Source: Promethearchaeati archaeon
GTDB lineage: Archaea; Asgardarchaeota; Heimdallarchaeia; Heimdallarchaeales; Heimdallarchaeaceae
Length of the DNA: 64,000 nucleotides
Assembly (NCBI GenBank): GCA_013166775.1
Contig: JABLTJ010000001.1
Coordinates: forward strand, 1 to 64,000
Direction: 5' to 3'
This document shows positions 19,823 to 29,316 of this stretch, piece after piece. The position numbers and the translations under genes are program-made. Position 1 is the first letter of the stretch. Each line of letters begins with the position of its first letter. Below the pieces are notes generated by a model that made no database searches, had not been told where the DNA came from, and was given only the letters and a program-made list of their open reading frames with translations.

Positions 19823-21637
19823 CTACTGAACATCCTCCGCTCTTATAATTGTCATTCCATCAATCTCCTTCATGAGCTCATTCAAACTTTTTTCTACTTC
19901 GCTTCGTTCTATATATTTCATTCTTGCAACCCTAATAACAATATCGTGTTCAAAGATATCCGCAACGCTTTCTCCCCTTCTATAAAGTTCATTTGCTTTT
20001 TCATTGAAACGAAGTATTGTTTTGAGCATTAAATATTGTTTTTCTAAACTACAGAAACTATCAGTTTCATGATATGCATTTTGTTGTAAGAAATCTTCTT
20101 TGATCATCCTTGCTGTTTCTAAAATTATTTTCTCGCTTGGAGGTAAAGCATCAGGACCAACAAGCGCAACTATATCTTGTAATTCTTTGTCCTTTTGTAA
20201 TAGTGCTAAGGCTTCAGCTCTTAATTGTGGAAATTCTGTGCTAACATTTTCAGCATAATATTTTTCTAGAGCTGACCAGTATAGTGTATAACTCAAAAGG
20301 TAATCTATGGCAGGAAAATGTCTTCTACTTGCTAGTTCTTTAGATAATGCCCAGAACACCTTGACAATTCTTAATGTATTCTGAGTTACTGGTTCACTGA
20401 AATCTCCTCCAGGTGGACTAACTGCTCCCACAACACTAATACTTGCTTCTCTCGGTTGAGTACCAATGGTAAGAACTCTTCCTGCTCTTTCATAATATTG
20501 TGCTATTCTTGAAGCTAAGTAAGCTGGGAATGATTCTTCACCAGGCATTTCTTCAAGACGGCCAGAGATTTCACGCATTGCTTCTGCCCATCTTGATGTA
20601 CTGTCTGCCATCATAGCGACATCATACCCCATATCTCTAAAGAATTCAGCTAAAGTTATTCCTGTATAAACACTGGCTTCGCGTGCAGCTACAGGCATAT
20701 TTGAGGTATTGGCAATCAACACTGTACGATCCATAAGTGGTCCTCCCGTGTAGGGATCAACAAGTCGTGGAAATTCACGGAGCACATCTGTCATCTCGTT
20801 CCCTCTTTCACCGCAACCAACATAAACTACAATTTTTGCGTCTGACCATTTTGCGAGTTGATGTTGAGATACTGTTTTTCCTGTACCAAATCCGCCTGGA
20901 ATTGCACCTGTTCCTCCCTTTGCTATTGGAGCGATAGTATCAAAAATTCTTTGACCTGTTATTAAAGGAACAGTAGGCGGCAATCTGTTTTGAATGGGTC
21001 TAGGTTGACGTACAGGCCATTCATGGTAGAATTTCAAATCAATCTTTGATCCTTCTGGGGTAATTAAGGTCGCTGCTGTCTCATCTATTGTGTAATCACC
21101 ACGTTTTGCTATAAACTCAATTTTACCTTTTACATTAGGTGGAACCATCAGTTTAAAATCAACTGTAGGTGTTTCAGGAATCTCACCTAATATATCCCCA
21201 CCAACCACCATATCTCCTTCCTTTACTGATGGTTCAAAATCCCATAATTTTTTATGATCTAGTCCAGGGATTTCAATTCCTCTTGTAATGAAATCTCCAG
21301 ACTCCTGCATAATTACAGGTAGAGGTCTTTGAATACCATCAAAAATCTGACGCATTAAACCAGGTCCTAGTTCAACTGACAAGGGTGCATTAGTTAGAAA
21401 TACAGGCTCTCCGGGCATTAATCCCTCAGTGCTCTCATATACTTGAATGGTTGCAACATCGCCAATCAATCTAATTATCTCTCCTACAAGTTTTTCCTCT
21501 CCAACTCTTGCTACGTCATAAAGCTTTGAACCTAACATGTTTGATGCTTGTACGACTGGCCCTGCAATTCTTTCGATTACACCTACTTGTTCTGAATCAG
21601 CTACTGTCATCTTAACTACACTCAATTTGCTACCCAA
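19823..21637 (-). CDS. atpA: A/V-type ATP synthase subunit A
   Basis: [26 protein letters not shown] and [12 protein letters not shown] motifs; no intein; true start may be the Met at 21610. Confidence 0.97.
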   Translation of the reverse strand: MGSKLSVVKMTVADSEQVGVIERIAGPVVQASNMLGSKLYDVARVGEEKLVGEIIRLIGDVATIQVYESTEGLMPGEPVFLTNAPLSVELGPGLMRQIFDGIQRPLPVIMQESGDFITRGIEIPGLDHKKLWDFEPSVKEGDMVVGGDILGEIPETPTVDFKLMVPPNVKGKIEFIAKRGDYTIDETAATLITPEGSKIDLKFYHEWPVRQPRPIQNRLPPTVPLITGQRIFDTIAPIAKGGTGAIPGGFGTGKTVSQHQLAKWSDAKIVVYVGCGERGNEMTDVLREFPRLVDPYTGGPLMDRTVLIANTSNMPVAAREASVYTGITLAEFFRDMGYDVAMMADSTSRWAEAMREISGRLEEMPGEESFPAYLASRIAQYYERAGRVLTIGTQPREASISVVGAVSPPGGDFSEPVTQNTLRIVKVFWALSKELASRRHFPAIDYLLSYTLYWSALEKYYAENVSTEFPQLRAEALALLQKDKELQDIVALVGPDALPPSEKIILETARMIKEDFLQQNAYHETDSFCSLEKQYLMLKTILRFNEKANELYRRGESVADIFEHDIVIRVARMKYIERSEVEKSLNELMKEIDGMTIIRAEDVQ

Positions 21638-21746
21638 CTTTTAGATTTCGTTTTTTAAGTTTTGTTAAATCAACGCTTGACCTTAAGTTGTGTATTCTAA
21701 TAATTTGCTTAAAAATTGCATAGTAATAGCACATCTAAGCACTACG

Positions 21747-23114
21747 TCAATGTACGCTTTTAATTGCCTTGTTTACTATTTTTAATCCTTTTTCCATGAT
21801 TGTATTTGCTTTATCTACAGATTTCGCTTCTACAAAAATTCTAAAAATGGGTTCCGTACCTGAAGGACGAATTAATATCCAACTGTTAGGATAGATTAAT
21901 TTAACACCATCAATAGTTAAAATCTCAACTTTCTCTTGTACATTATCAATAACAAAATCCATTACTTTTTTCTTAAGTGAATTTGGACAATTGATTTTGT
22001 TTTTTTTCTGATGATATTTGGGTAATTCATTGGCTAATTCACTAAGACTAGTGTCTGATTTAGCAATAATTTCAGCCATAAGGGCAGCAGCCATAGGTCC
22101 ATCTCTAACACTTTGATGAGGTGCAAAAAACAGTCCACCATTTTCTTCTCCCCCCAATAAATTCTTCTCCTGTATCATCTTTCTACTAACGAATATGCAG
22201 CCTACTGGTGTCCATATTACTTCTCCACCAATTTCTTCAGCAATATCTGAAATAATAAGAGAAGAGCTGATTGGAGTTACAAATTTCTTGTTTCTTTCAC
22301 CCTTTAGAATAAATTTCTGGAATAAAGCTATTGATATATCCCCATAGAAAACTCTACCTGTCTCATCGCCAAAAATAGCTCTATCTGCATCACCATCATG
22401 AGCCACTGAGAAATCGGCATTGGATATTACAGTTGAATTTGACATAGTTTTCAAATTTTCCAGCGAAGGTTCAACACCTCTGCCTGGAAACCTACCATCT
22501 AATTGACCATTGATTGTTATTGTTTTTACTCCTAGTTTTCTTAATAACAATGGTGTAACTAATCCGCCTACTGCATTTCCCGCATCAATCACCGCGCAAA
22601 GTTTTTTCTTTTCTATACGATCTCTATCTACGAAACCACAAATTTGCTCAATATACTCATTTTTTAGATCTAATTTTGTTACTTTTTGGTTCTTATCCCA
22701 AGAAACCAAATTAAATTCCTCATCTTCATAAATATCTTCAACTTGCTTCTGTTTCTCCAAATCAATTTCAATACCATCAGAATCAATAACTTTGATCCCA
22801 TTAAACTCTGGGGGATTATGGCTTGCAGTAACTACAACACCTAAATCTGCTTTAATATTGTTAACAGCGAATTGTACTAGGGGAGTTGGGACAATCCCTA
22901 AATCAATTACTTCAAATCCACTTGCCAAAAAACTCGCAATTACACCGTGTTTTATGAATGGACTGCTTGTTCTACTATCAGAACCAATTATCATGGTTCC
23001 CTTGCTTTGGAACGAAGCTGCTATAGCAGCGCTTATTTTTGAAACAAAAGCTGGAGTAAAAAGTACATTTATTTCTCCCCTTATACCATTGGTTCCAAAG
23101 TATTTTCTCTTCAT
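21747..23114 (-). CDS. Phosphoglucosamine mutase / phosphomannomutase family
   Basis: FGTNGIRG, TASHNP, DGDADR, GEENGG and RPSGTEP motifs. Confidence 0.93.
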   Translation of the reverse strand: MKRKYFGTNGIRGEINVLFTPAFVSKISAAIAASFQSKGTMIIGSDSRTSSPFIKHGVIASFLASGFEVIDLGIVPTPLVQFAVNNIKADLGVVVTASHNPPEFNGIKVIDSDGIEIDLEKQKQVEDIYEDEEFNLVSWDKNQKVTKLDLKNEYIEQICGFVDRDRIEKKKLCAVIDAGNAVGGLVTPLLLRKLGVKTITINGQLDGRFPGRGVEPSLENLKTMSNSTVISNADFSVAHDGDADRAIFGDETGRVFYGDISIALFQKFILKGERNKKFVTPISSSLIISDIAEEIGGEVIWTPVGCIFVSRKMIQEKNLLGGEENGGLFFAPHQSVRDGPMAAALMAEIIAKSDTSLSELANELPKYHQKKNKINCPNSLKKKVMDFVIDNVQEKVEILTIDGVKLIYPNSWILIRPSGTEPIFRIFVEAKSVDKANTIMEKGLKIVNKAIKSVH

Positions 23115-23276
23115 TAGATTCAGAACACATTGTTACATTAAATCTTTTTCTACATAAAGTTAACCTAGTGATTTAACATTAATTCTCTTAAAAGTTTAAT
23201 AATTGGAGACGTAACAAAATCTTTTAAAAACATCTATATGGGTTTATTTAGAAAAGGAAAATGAGTTAGAGGTAAT

Positions 23277-23585
23277 ATGAGCGTAGATTTCCTTAAAACA
23301 ATAAGAGATACAGAACGTGAATGTGAAGAAAAGATTAAGAAAGCTGAAACAGCGAAAAATGAGTCAATTATGGAAGCTGAGAAAAAAGCTGTTTTGAACC
23401 TACGAGATAAAGAAATAAAAGCTAAAGAAGCAGCCAATAAAATCTTGTCAGAAGTAAAGGGAAGAGTTGACAAGGAATACGCTACTATGCTCAATAGGTT
23501 TGAAGAAGAACAAAACGAATTGAAAGAAAAAGCAAAACAAAAAGAGAAGAAAGCAATCGATTTTGTAGTTTCAACAGTTATGTAA
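23277..23585 (+). CDS. A/V-type ATP synthase peripheral stalk subunit H (G)
   Basis: Charged coiled coil of about 100 aa (L..I...E......I..A), directly upstream of subunit F. Confidence 0.72.
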   Translation: MSVDFLKTIRDTERECEEKIKKAETAKNESIMEAEKKAVLNLRDKEIKAKEAANKILSEVKGRVDKEYATMLNRFEEEQNELKEKAKQKEKKAIDFVVSTVM

Positions 23586-23594
23586 TTTTAGTGT

Positions 23595-23936
23595 GTGATT
23601 CTTATGAGTTCAGTACAACGCAATAAGATTGTCAGTATAGGGGATGAAGAAACTTCGCTTGGATTTAAGTTATCGGGAATCTCCCAGGTTTTTACAGAAG
23701 AACCAAAAAAAGCTGCACCAATATTACGTTCTCTTTCTGAAGATCCTGAAATTGCAATTATTATAATTACAGAAGAAGTCGCAAAAACAAATCGAGATCT
23801 TATAAACAGAATCCAAATAAATCCTTATCCAGTAATAGTAGAAGTCCCAGGAAAGAAAGCGAAGTATGAAAGCGCTGAAGACAGAGTTCGGGTTCTTATC
23901 AAAATGGCTTTAGGAATAGATATGGAAGCTGAATAA
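23595..23936 (+). CDS. atpF: A/V-type ATP synthase subunit F
   Basis: IGDEET.LGFKLSG, IIIITE, P.IVEVP and I..ALGID motifs. Confidence 0.93.
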   Translation: MILMSSVQRNKIVSIGDEETSLGFKLSGISQVFTEEPKKAAPILRSLSEDPEIAIIIITEEVAKTNRDLINRIQINPYPVIVEVPGKKAKYESAEDRVRVLIKMALGIDMEAE

Positions 23937-23988
23937 AGACAAAAATCTAAATAAAGAAAACAGCCTACTTCTACAAGAGGACACCAGA

Positions 23989-24252
23989 ATGAATGATAAA
24001 CTTATAGGCCTCGTGATGATTTTTGGTTCATTTGGTATTATTATTTTTATGTTTGTTTGGACTGTTCTTTTTCCGATATTAAAGGGAGAGGAATTTTTAC
24101 TAAAAGCCTATCTAGCTGTTGCAATTGTTATATTCATATCAATATTCATTCTTATGCTCCTTACTGCATGGATAGGATGGACATTTTTGAAAACAAGAGC
24201 ACCAAAGGAAGGGATGTTACAAGAAGAAATTGAAGAAGAGTATACAGATTAA
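23989..24252 (+). CDS. Two-TM membrane protein, DPM2-like
   Basis: D..IG...S......W..L.P...FL..AY.AVAI...LKT pattern resembles recalled eukaryotic DPM2; alignment by eye only. Confidence 0.55.
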   Translation: MNDKLIGLVMIFGSFGIIIFMFVWTVLFPILKGEEFLLKAYLAVAIVIFISIFILMLLTAWIGWTFLKTRAPKEGMLQEEIEEEYTD

Positions 24253-24263
24253 AAATAAAGTAT

Positions 24264-24647
24264 GTGAAAAACATGATGGGTGGAAAAAGACCTTTATCTC
24301 CTCGTGAAGCAAAAAGAATGCAAGCAAGGATGAGACAAGTAGAGTTAGATGGTGTGGAAGAAGTAGTGATTAGATTTGCAGACAAAGAGACTGTCATCTA
24401 CAATCCCACTGTTGTAAAAGCTTTTATTCCAGGAATGATGGAATCCGATACTTTCCAAGTAGTAGGTGAAGGAATAGATCGTCCAAGGGGAAGTGAAACT
24501 TCCGTAAGTAAAAAAGAAACTTATTCCGATACTGATGTAGACTTAATTATGAAACAGACAGGAGTTTCCAAAGAAGAAGCTGTAGAAGCATTAGAGGAAG
24601 AAAATGGTGATTTAGCAGGAGCTATTGTCAAACTAAAAACTAAATAA
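24264..24647 (+). CDS. nac: Nascent polypeptide-associated complex protein
   Basis: VEEVVIR...I.NP.V...FQVVG NAC domain plus C-terminal UBA (DVDLIMKQTGVS.EEA..AL....GDLA.AI..L). Confidence 0.93.
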   Translation: MKNMMGGKRPLSPREAKRMQARMRQVELDGVEEVVIRFADKETVIYNPTVVKAFIPGMMESDTFQVVGEGIDRPRGSETSVSKKETYSDTDVDLIMKQTGVSKEEAVEALEEENGDLAGAIVKLKTK

Positions 24648-24654
24648 AAGGATT

Positions 24655-25134
24655 TTATCCCTCTCCCACTCCTTTTCTTGTGTCAACTGCAACACCGCTT
24701 TTCATTTCTTTCATTAATAAACCTGCGATTTTAGCGGTACCTATCCCTATAAATTCCTCTTTCTGGTTTACAATAATAACTTCTTCTCTTACTGAAATAT
24801 TGGCATTCGCCTCAATAACGTGTTTGGAATAAACAGATTTGCCTTTTCTAACGAATGGCTCTGCATCTTGATTTACTTTAACTTTTAATCCCAGAGCTTT
24901 TTCATATAGCAATCTCGCACCCATCAAAGATAACACTAAATAACCATCTTTTACTCTGAATGAGCAAACTCTTTCGTCAGCTAAATAAACAAAGCGTATT
25001 CTGTTAGTTCCTTTTGATCTTTCTATAGTTATATCTTCTGGAAATAGTACATTTCCTGCACCTTTACCAAATTGAAAATCAGCTATTATCTTAAGTTTAA
25101 GTTTTTCCGAAAGACTAGGTGAAACCTTACGCAT
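24655..25134 (-). CDS. PUA-domain protein (archaeosine TGT C-terminal-like)
   Basis: IADFQFG.GAG, S..T.RIR, PFVRKGKSV..KHV and GVAV..RKG motifs. Confidence 0.85.
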   Translation of the reverse strand: MRKVSPSLSEKLKLKIIADFQFGKGAGNVLFPEDITIERSKGTNRIRFVYLADERVCSFRVKDGYLVLSLMGARLLYEKALGLKVKVNQDAEPFVRKGKSVYSKHVIEANANISVREEVIIVNQKEEFIGIGTAKIAGLLMKEMKSGVAVDTRKGVGEG

Positions 25135-25175
25135 TAATTTTACTTAGTTTTCGTTGCTTTAATCTTTTCTACATT

Positions 25176-26009
25176 TCACTTTCTGATTTTAATATCTGCA
25201 CACTTATGTTCCAGCCTTGGAGAAAATTTTTTGATTCTCCTTGTATTAATCTGTTCTATTTTAAAATTCATTAGTTTGGTTGTCTCTGAAACAATTTCCT
25301 CTATTTGAATACTAGAACCTCTAGAATCAATGTAATGATAATGAATCCAACCTTCTTGTTTGATAGCTTCTACTGCATTTTCGAATTGTTTTTTGTCAAT
25401 ACCAAAGAATCCCATTATTACTCTTGTAGCTACATTCTTCGGTGTTACTATTCTATTGTCCCCTAAAATTGAATGATATCTTTTCTCAACTCTGTTTAAG
25501 ACAATATTCTTCGTTAAATAGTCGTATGCTTCTTTATTTATTTCAATACCATAAATTGTTACGGAAGGATTGTTTACAACAATTGGGAGAGACAGATTTC
25601 CAACACAGGCAAACATATCACAAATTACTTCATTTTCTTTAATTATCTTAATAAGATGTCCTCTTTCTCCTTTATTTCCTGGTGAAAAAGTAATTGTATT
25701 CAAGTCAATTTTGAACTTGGTGTTGAATTCTTTGTGAACCGTTTTTGTTTTTTTCTCTCCTGCTATGTGGCGTACTTCAGGTCTTCTGAATTCAGTTCTC
25801 GTTTCTATTTGTTCAATTACTGTTTTAACTCTAGGGTCAATTTCAATTAAAATTTCTCCAATTATCTTCTTGTGTTCTAATAATCGTTCATCAATTCGAT
25901 GAAAAATAGCAATATCACCTAAAACAGCATAACTTGAAGGTAGTTTATTCAATAATTGTGGGTCTATTTTATCCTTTAATGATTTCTGCAATTTTTCTTT
26001 GAATCTCAT
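25176..26009 (-). CDS. Trm5/Taw2-family tRNA position-37 SAM-dependent transferase
   Basis: LP.SY..LGDI, T.HKE....F..D, FSPGN..ER, DMFACVG and RVIMG motifs. Confidence 0.85.
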   Translation of the reverse strand: MRFKEKLQKSLKDKIDPQLLNKLPSSYAVLGDIAIFHRIDERLLEHKKIIGEILIEIDPRVKTVIEQIETRTEFRRPEVRHIAGEKKTKTVHKEFNTKFKIDLNTITFSPGNKGERGHLIKIIKENEVICDMFACVGNLSLPIVVNNPSVTIYGIEINKEAYDYLTKNIVLNRVEKRYHSILGDNRIVTPKNVATRVIMGFFGIDKKQFENAVEAIKQEGWIHYHYIDSRGSSIQIEEIVSETTKLMNFKIEQINTRRIKKFSPRLEHKCADIKIRK

Positions 26010-26076
26010 TTAATCTAAAGAATCTTTTAACGCCAATTTTTAATATTATCCACATTTTCAATATATTAGAATAAAA

Positions 26077-26634
26077 ATGGTACCTATTGCGCAACTAAAC
26101 AAGGATTATTCGCTAATAACAGATAAAAGTGGTAATTCCATCTATAGTCAAGGTTGGTTTGGAAAGTTCACAAAATCGAATCATTTGAAGCTTAATCCAT
26201 TTGAGACCGTCTTATTGCTAGAAAGAAAGAAAATAGAGGTTGTTGATACTAATAAAGAATCACTTCCGGTTTCAAAAGTGGTTGCATTTTTTTCAGAAAA
26301 TATCCAGAACTTTCTTGTCCATTATCTTCTTTACAAAGATCTTAGGGGTAGAGGATATGTTGTGAAAAAGCATTCTATTATTGGTAAATATTTCGAACTT
26401 TATGAGAGGGGAGCAACACCAAATAAAGCAAAACATTTAGCTCTTGTGGTACCAATGATTGAGGGAGTACTCTTTAATATAGATGACATTGATCAAATAG
26501 TTTCAGAAGCAAAGAAAATAAACAAACAACTAATCTTTGCAGTAATTGATAGTTTGGGTGATGTGTCTTATTATAGTGTTAGTGAGCTAGAGTTTGAGGC
26601 AGTAAACAAAAATATAGGTGAAGAAATCAAATGA
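26077..26634 (+). CDS. endA: tRNA splicing endonuclease subunit (possibly the structural subunit)
   Basis: L...E...L.E, YKDLRGRGYVVK, F.LYERG and AVID..GDVSYY; the usual G.KFG..FR segment is degenerate. Confidence 0.82.
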   Translation: MVPIAQLNKDYSLITDKSGNSIYSQGWFGKFTKSNHLKLNPFETVLLLERKKIEVVDTNKESLPVSKVVAFFSENIQNFLVHYLLYKDLRGRGYVVKKHSIIGKYFELYERGATPNKAKHLALVVPMIEGVLFNIDDIDQIVSEAKKINKQLIFAVIDSLGDVSYYSVSELEFEAVNKNIGEEIK

Positions 26635-28439
26635 AATATGTTCCTGATACCTCTACTATAATAAATGGTCAGTTTTTAAAATACATCAAAGAACAGCAAG
26701 ATACAGATGAGATTATTCTTTCGCGAGTAGTTTTAGCAGAAATTGAAAACATGGCAAATCAAGCTAAAGCAACAGGAATGGTTGCTCTTGAGGAACTCCA
26801 AAGGATGAGAGATTTTTGTGCACAAAAAGGTTTAGGCATTATAATTGATGGAACTAGACCTAATTCTTATCAGATTAGGGGTGCTCCTGCTGGAGAGTTG
26901 GATGCAAAAATACGAGAACTTGCTGAAGAATACCAAGCGGTTCTTATTACTTCTGATAGAGTAATGGCAGAAATAGGAAAAGCCGAAGGATTAGCTGTAG
27001 TATATATTAAGGAATCTCCAAAGAGCATAGGAAAGAAGATAGAAGATTATTTTGATGAAAGAACTATGTCTATCCATCTAAGAGAAGACAATCCTCCATT
27101 AGCAAAAAAAGGAGTTCCTGGAAACTTTGAATTAGTTGCATTATCAGACGAAGGAATTCTTTCCCGCGAGTTTCTTGAAGATCTTGCAAAAGATATTGTA
27201 GAGAGAGCTAGTAGAGAAAAGGATAGTTTCATTGAATCAGATAAACATGGAACAACAGTTGTTCAGCTGAAGAATTCTAGAATAGTTATCATCAGACCTC
27301 CCTTTAGTGATGCTATGGATATAACTGCAGTAAAACCAATTCTTAAACTGTCCTTAAAGGATTATAGTCTTGATTCCAAGCTACTTGAAAGAGTAGAAAA
27401 GCAAGCTGATGGGATTATAATAGCCGGGCCACCTGGAGCTGGAAAGAGTACTTTTGCTACAGCTATTGCTGAGTTTTATGCGGATAAAGACAGGATTGTT
27501 AAGACTTTCGAAAATCCAAGAGATCTGCAAGTAGATAACAGGATTACTCAAATGTCTGGTTTTGAAGGAGATATCTCGGCTTCAGCTGATTTAGTGTTAT
27601 TAATGAGGCCTGATTATGTTATCTATGATGAGTTAAGAAAAACGAAGGATTTTGAGACCTACTCAGACTTAAGATTAGCAGGTATAGGTCTAATAGGTGT
27701 GGTTCATGCAACCCAAGCAATTGATGGCATACAACGTTTTCTGCGAAGGGTTGATTTAGGGATAATACCTTCAATAGTTGATACAATTATCTTCATAAAT
27801 AAGGGTGACATAGCAGAGGTTTATACACTCGAAATAACAGTCAAGCTACCGTCAGGCATGAAAGAACGAGACTTAACCCGTCCTGTAATATTAGTGAAGG
27901 ATTTCCATACAAATACATTGGAATATGAGATATACACTTTTGGAGAACAAATTGTTGTTGCTCCATTATCAAAAGCAGACAAAGCTAAGGCTGGAAGAGT
28001 TAGAACAGAAATTTCCCCAATAACAATTCAGAAGGTATTAAAGAGATACTCAATTTATGATTATGATTATGAATTTGATCCTCCAGACTCACTAATACTC
28101 TATGTAACAAAAAAAGATAAACCTAGAATAATAGGAAAAGAAGGAAAACGAATTGATGAAATAGAACAAAAACTTGGTCTATCAATTGATGTTAAAACCT
28201 TTGATGAAAAAGAAACTGCTGAATTTGTTATTGATGTGTATCCTATTAAGAATAAAGTAAACCTTTCGTTTCCAAGTATTTTCATAGGTAAAGATGCATC
28301 CATTGCTATTAATGGGAAAGTTATAGTTCAATTAACTGTTGGAAAGTCTGGGGAAGTCAGTATAGATAAAAATAGTCAAGTAGGCAGAGAATTAATGGAT
28401 GCTTATTCAAAAGGAGCTACCATTACAGCTCTTTTTTAG
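26631..28439 (+). CDS. PIN-domain ATPase with KH domain (PINA-like)
   Basis: VPDTS PIN domain, GPPGAGKST, RPDY..YDE.R, IIGKEGKRI KH motif. Confidence 0.9.
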   Translation: MKYVPDTSTIINGQFLKYIKEQQDTDEIILSRVVLAEIENMANQAKATGMVALEELQRMRDFCAQKGLGIIIDGTRPNSYQIRGAPAGELDAKIRELAEEYQAVLITSDRVMAEIGKAEGLAVVYIKESPKSIGKKIEDYFDERTMSIHLREDNPPLAKKGVPGNFELVALSDEGILSREFLEDLAKDIVERASREKDSFIESDKHGTTVVQLKNSRIVIIRPPFSDAMDITAVKPILKLSLKDYSLDSKLLERVEKQADGIIIAGPPGAGKSTFATAIAEFYADKDRIVKTFENPRDLQVDNRITQMSGFEGDISASADLVLLMRPDYVIYDELRKTKDFETYSDLRLAGIGLIGVVHATQAIDGIQRFLRRVDLGIIPSIVDTIIFINKGDIAEVYTLEITVKLPSGMKERDLTRPVILVKDFHTNTLEYEIYTFGEQIVVAPLSKADKAKAGRVRTEISPITIQKVLKRYSIYDYDYEFDPPDSLILYVTKKDKPRIIGKEGKRIDEIEQKLGLSIDVKTFDEKETAEFVIDVYPIKNKVNLSFPSIFIGKDASIAINGKVIVQLTVGKSGEVSIDKNSQVGRELMDAYSKGATITALF

Positions 28440-29160
28440 AATGTGAAGAGGGTTGATCTATAATTTCCACTGAATCTGGATGCCCAATAATCAAACGATG
28501 AATATCTAATGTAAAAATGCCGTTTTCTATAACTCCTGGAATGTTGTTAAGGTTTCTCTCAATCTCTTTTGGATTATACTGCTGTTTAAAATAGACATCT
28601 CCTATAATATTCCCATTATCTGAAATAACTGGTCCTATCTTTCCTTTTCCATAGCGAAGCTTGAACTCACCACCTAAGTTGTATATTGGTTCGACAACGG
28701 TATTAACTGCTAGAGGAAGGATTTCAATCGGAACGGGATGGCTAAGAAGATCTTTAGGGTATTTTGAATTATCAATAACTACAATAAACTCTTTAGCTGC
28801 TTTAGCCATTATCTTTTCCATTGTCAATGCCCCCCCTCCTCCTTTTAAGAGAACATAATCGCTAGTCACAATATCAGCTGAATCCACATAGGTGTCTAAT
28901 TCTGGAAATTCAACCAAAGTGGAAATGGATAATCCTGATCTAGCTAATTCTAAATGTGTTTCAAAAGAAGACGGAACAGTAATTATTTCAAGTTCATCTT
29001 GTACTACAAGTTCTGATAGAGCTTTAATAAAATACTTAATGGTGCTTCCAGTTCCTATTCCAACTATGAAATCATCGAAAACAAAGTCTTCCAAAGTTTT
29101 TTTTGCTGCAAGAACTTTGGCTTTTTCTTTCTGTGGTAGGTTATTGTCTGTAGTAGTCAT
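28423..29160 (-). CDS. rpiA: Ribose-5-phosphate isomerase A
   Basis: GIGTGST, DSAD, KGGGGAL..EK, SDNGN and PGVIENG motifs. Confidence 0.95.
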   Translation of the reverse strand: MTTTDNNLPQKEKAKVLAAKKTLEDFVFDDFIVGIGTGSTIKYFIKALSELVVQDELEIITVPSSFETHLELARSGLSISTLVEFPELDTYVDSADIVTSDYVLLKGGGGALTMEKIMAKAAKEFIVVIDNSKYPKDLLSHPVPIEILPLAVNTVVEPIYNLGGEFKLRYGKGKIGPVISDNGNIIGDVYFKQQYNPKEIERNLNNIPGVIENGIFTLDIHRLIIGHPDSVEIIDQPSSHSKKEL

Positions 29161-29316
29161 ATAATCTCTCGTATTAATTTCTATTACTTTATGTAATATT
29201 GTTATTTGATATTATTAAAATCTCACCCATTGAATATTTAGATATAAAATAAAATGAAAAGAAAATAACAATTTTCTATTTTCTTTTCTCTATAGTGTAT
29301 AACTTAACCTATTGGT

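Noticed and set aside
19823-21637. Intein in ATPase subunit A
   Set aside because: The length is normal and the sequence after GKT is uninterrupted.
26631-28439. Toxin-antitoxin or secretion ATPase
   Set aside because: The PIN + ATPase + KH architecture matches the conserved archaeal PINA family; no antitoxin or pilus genes are adjacent.
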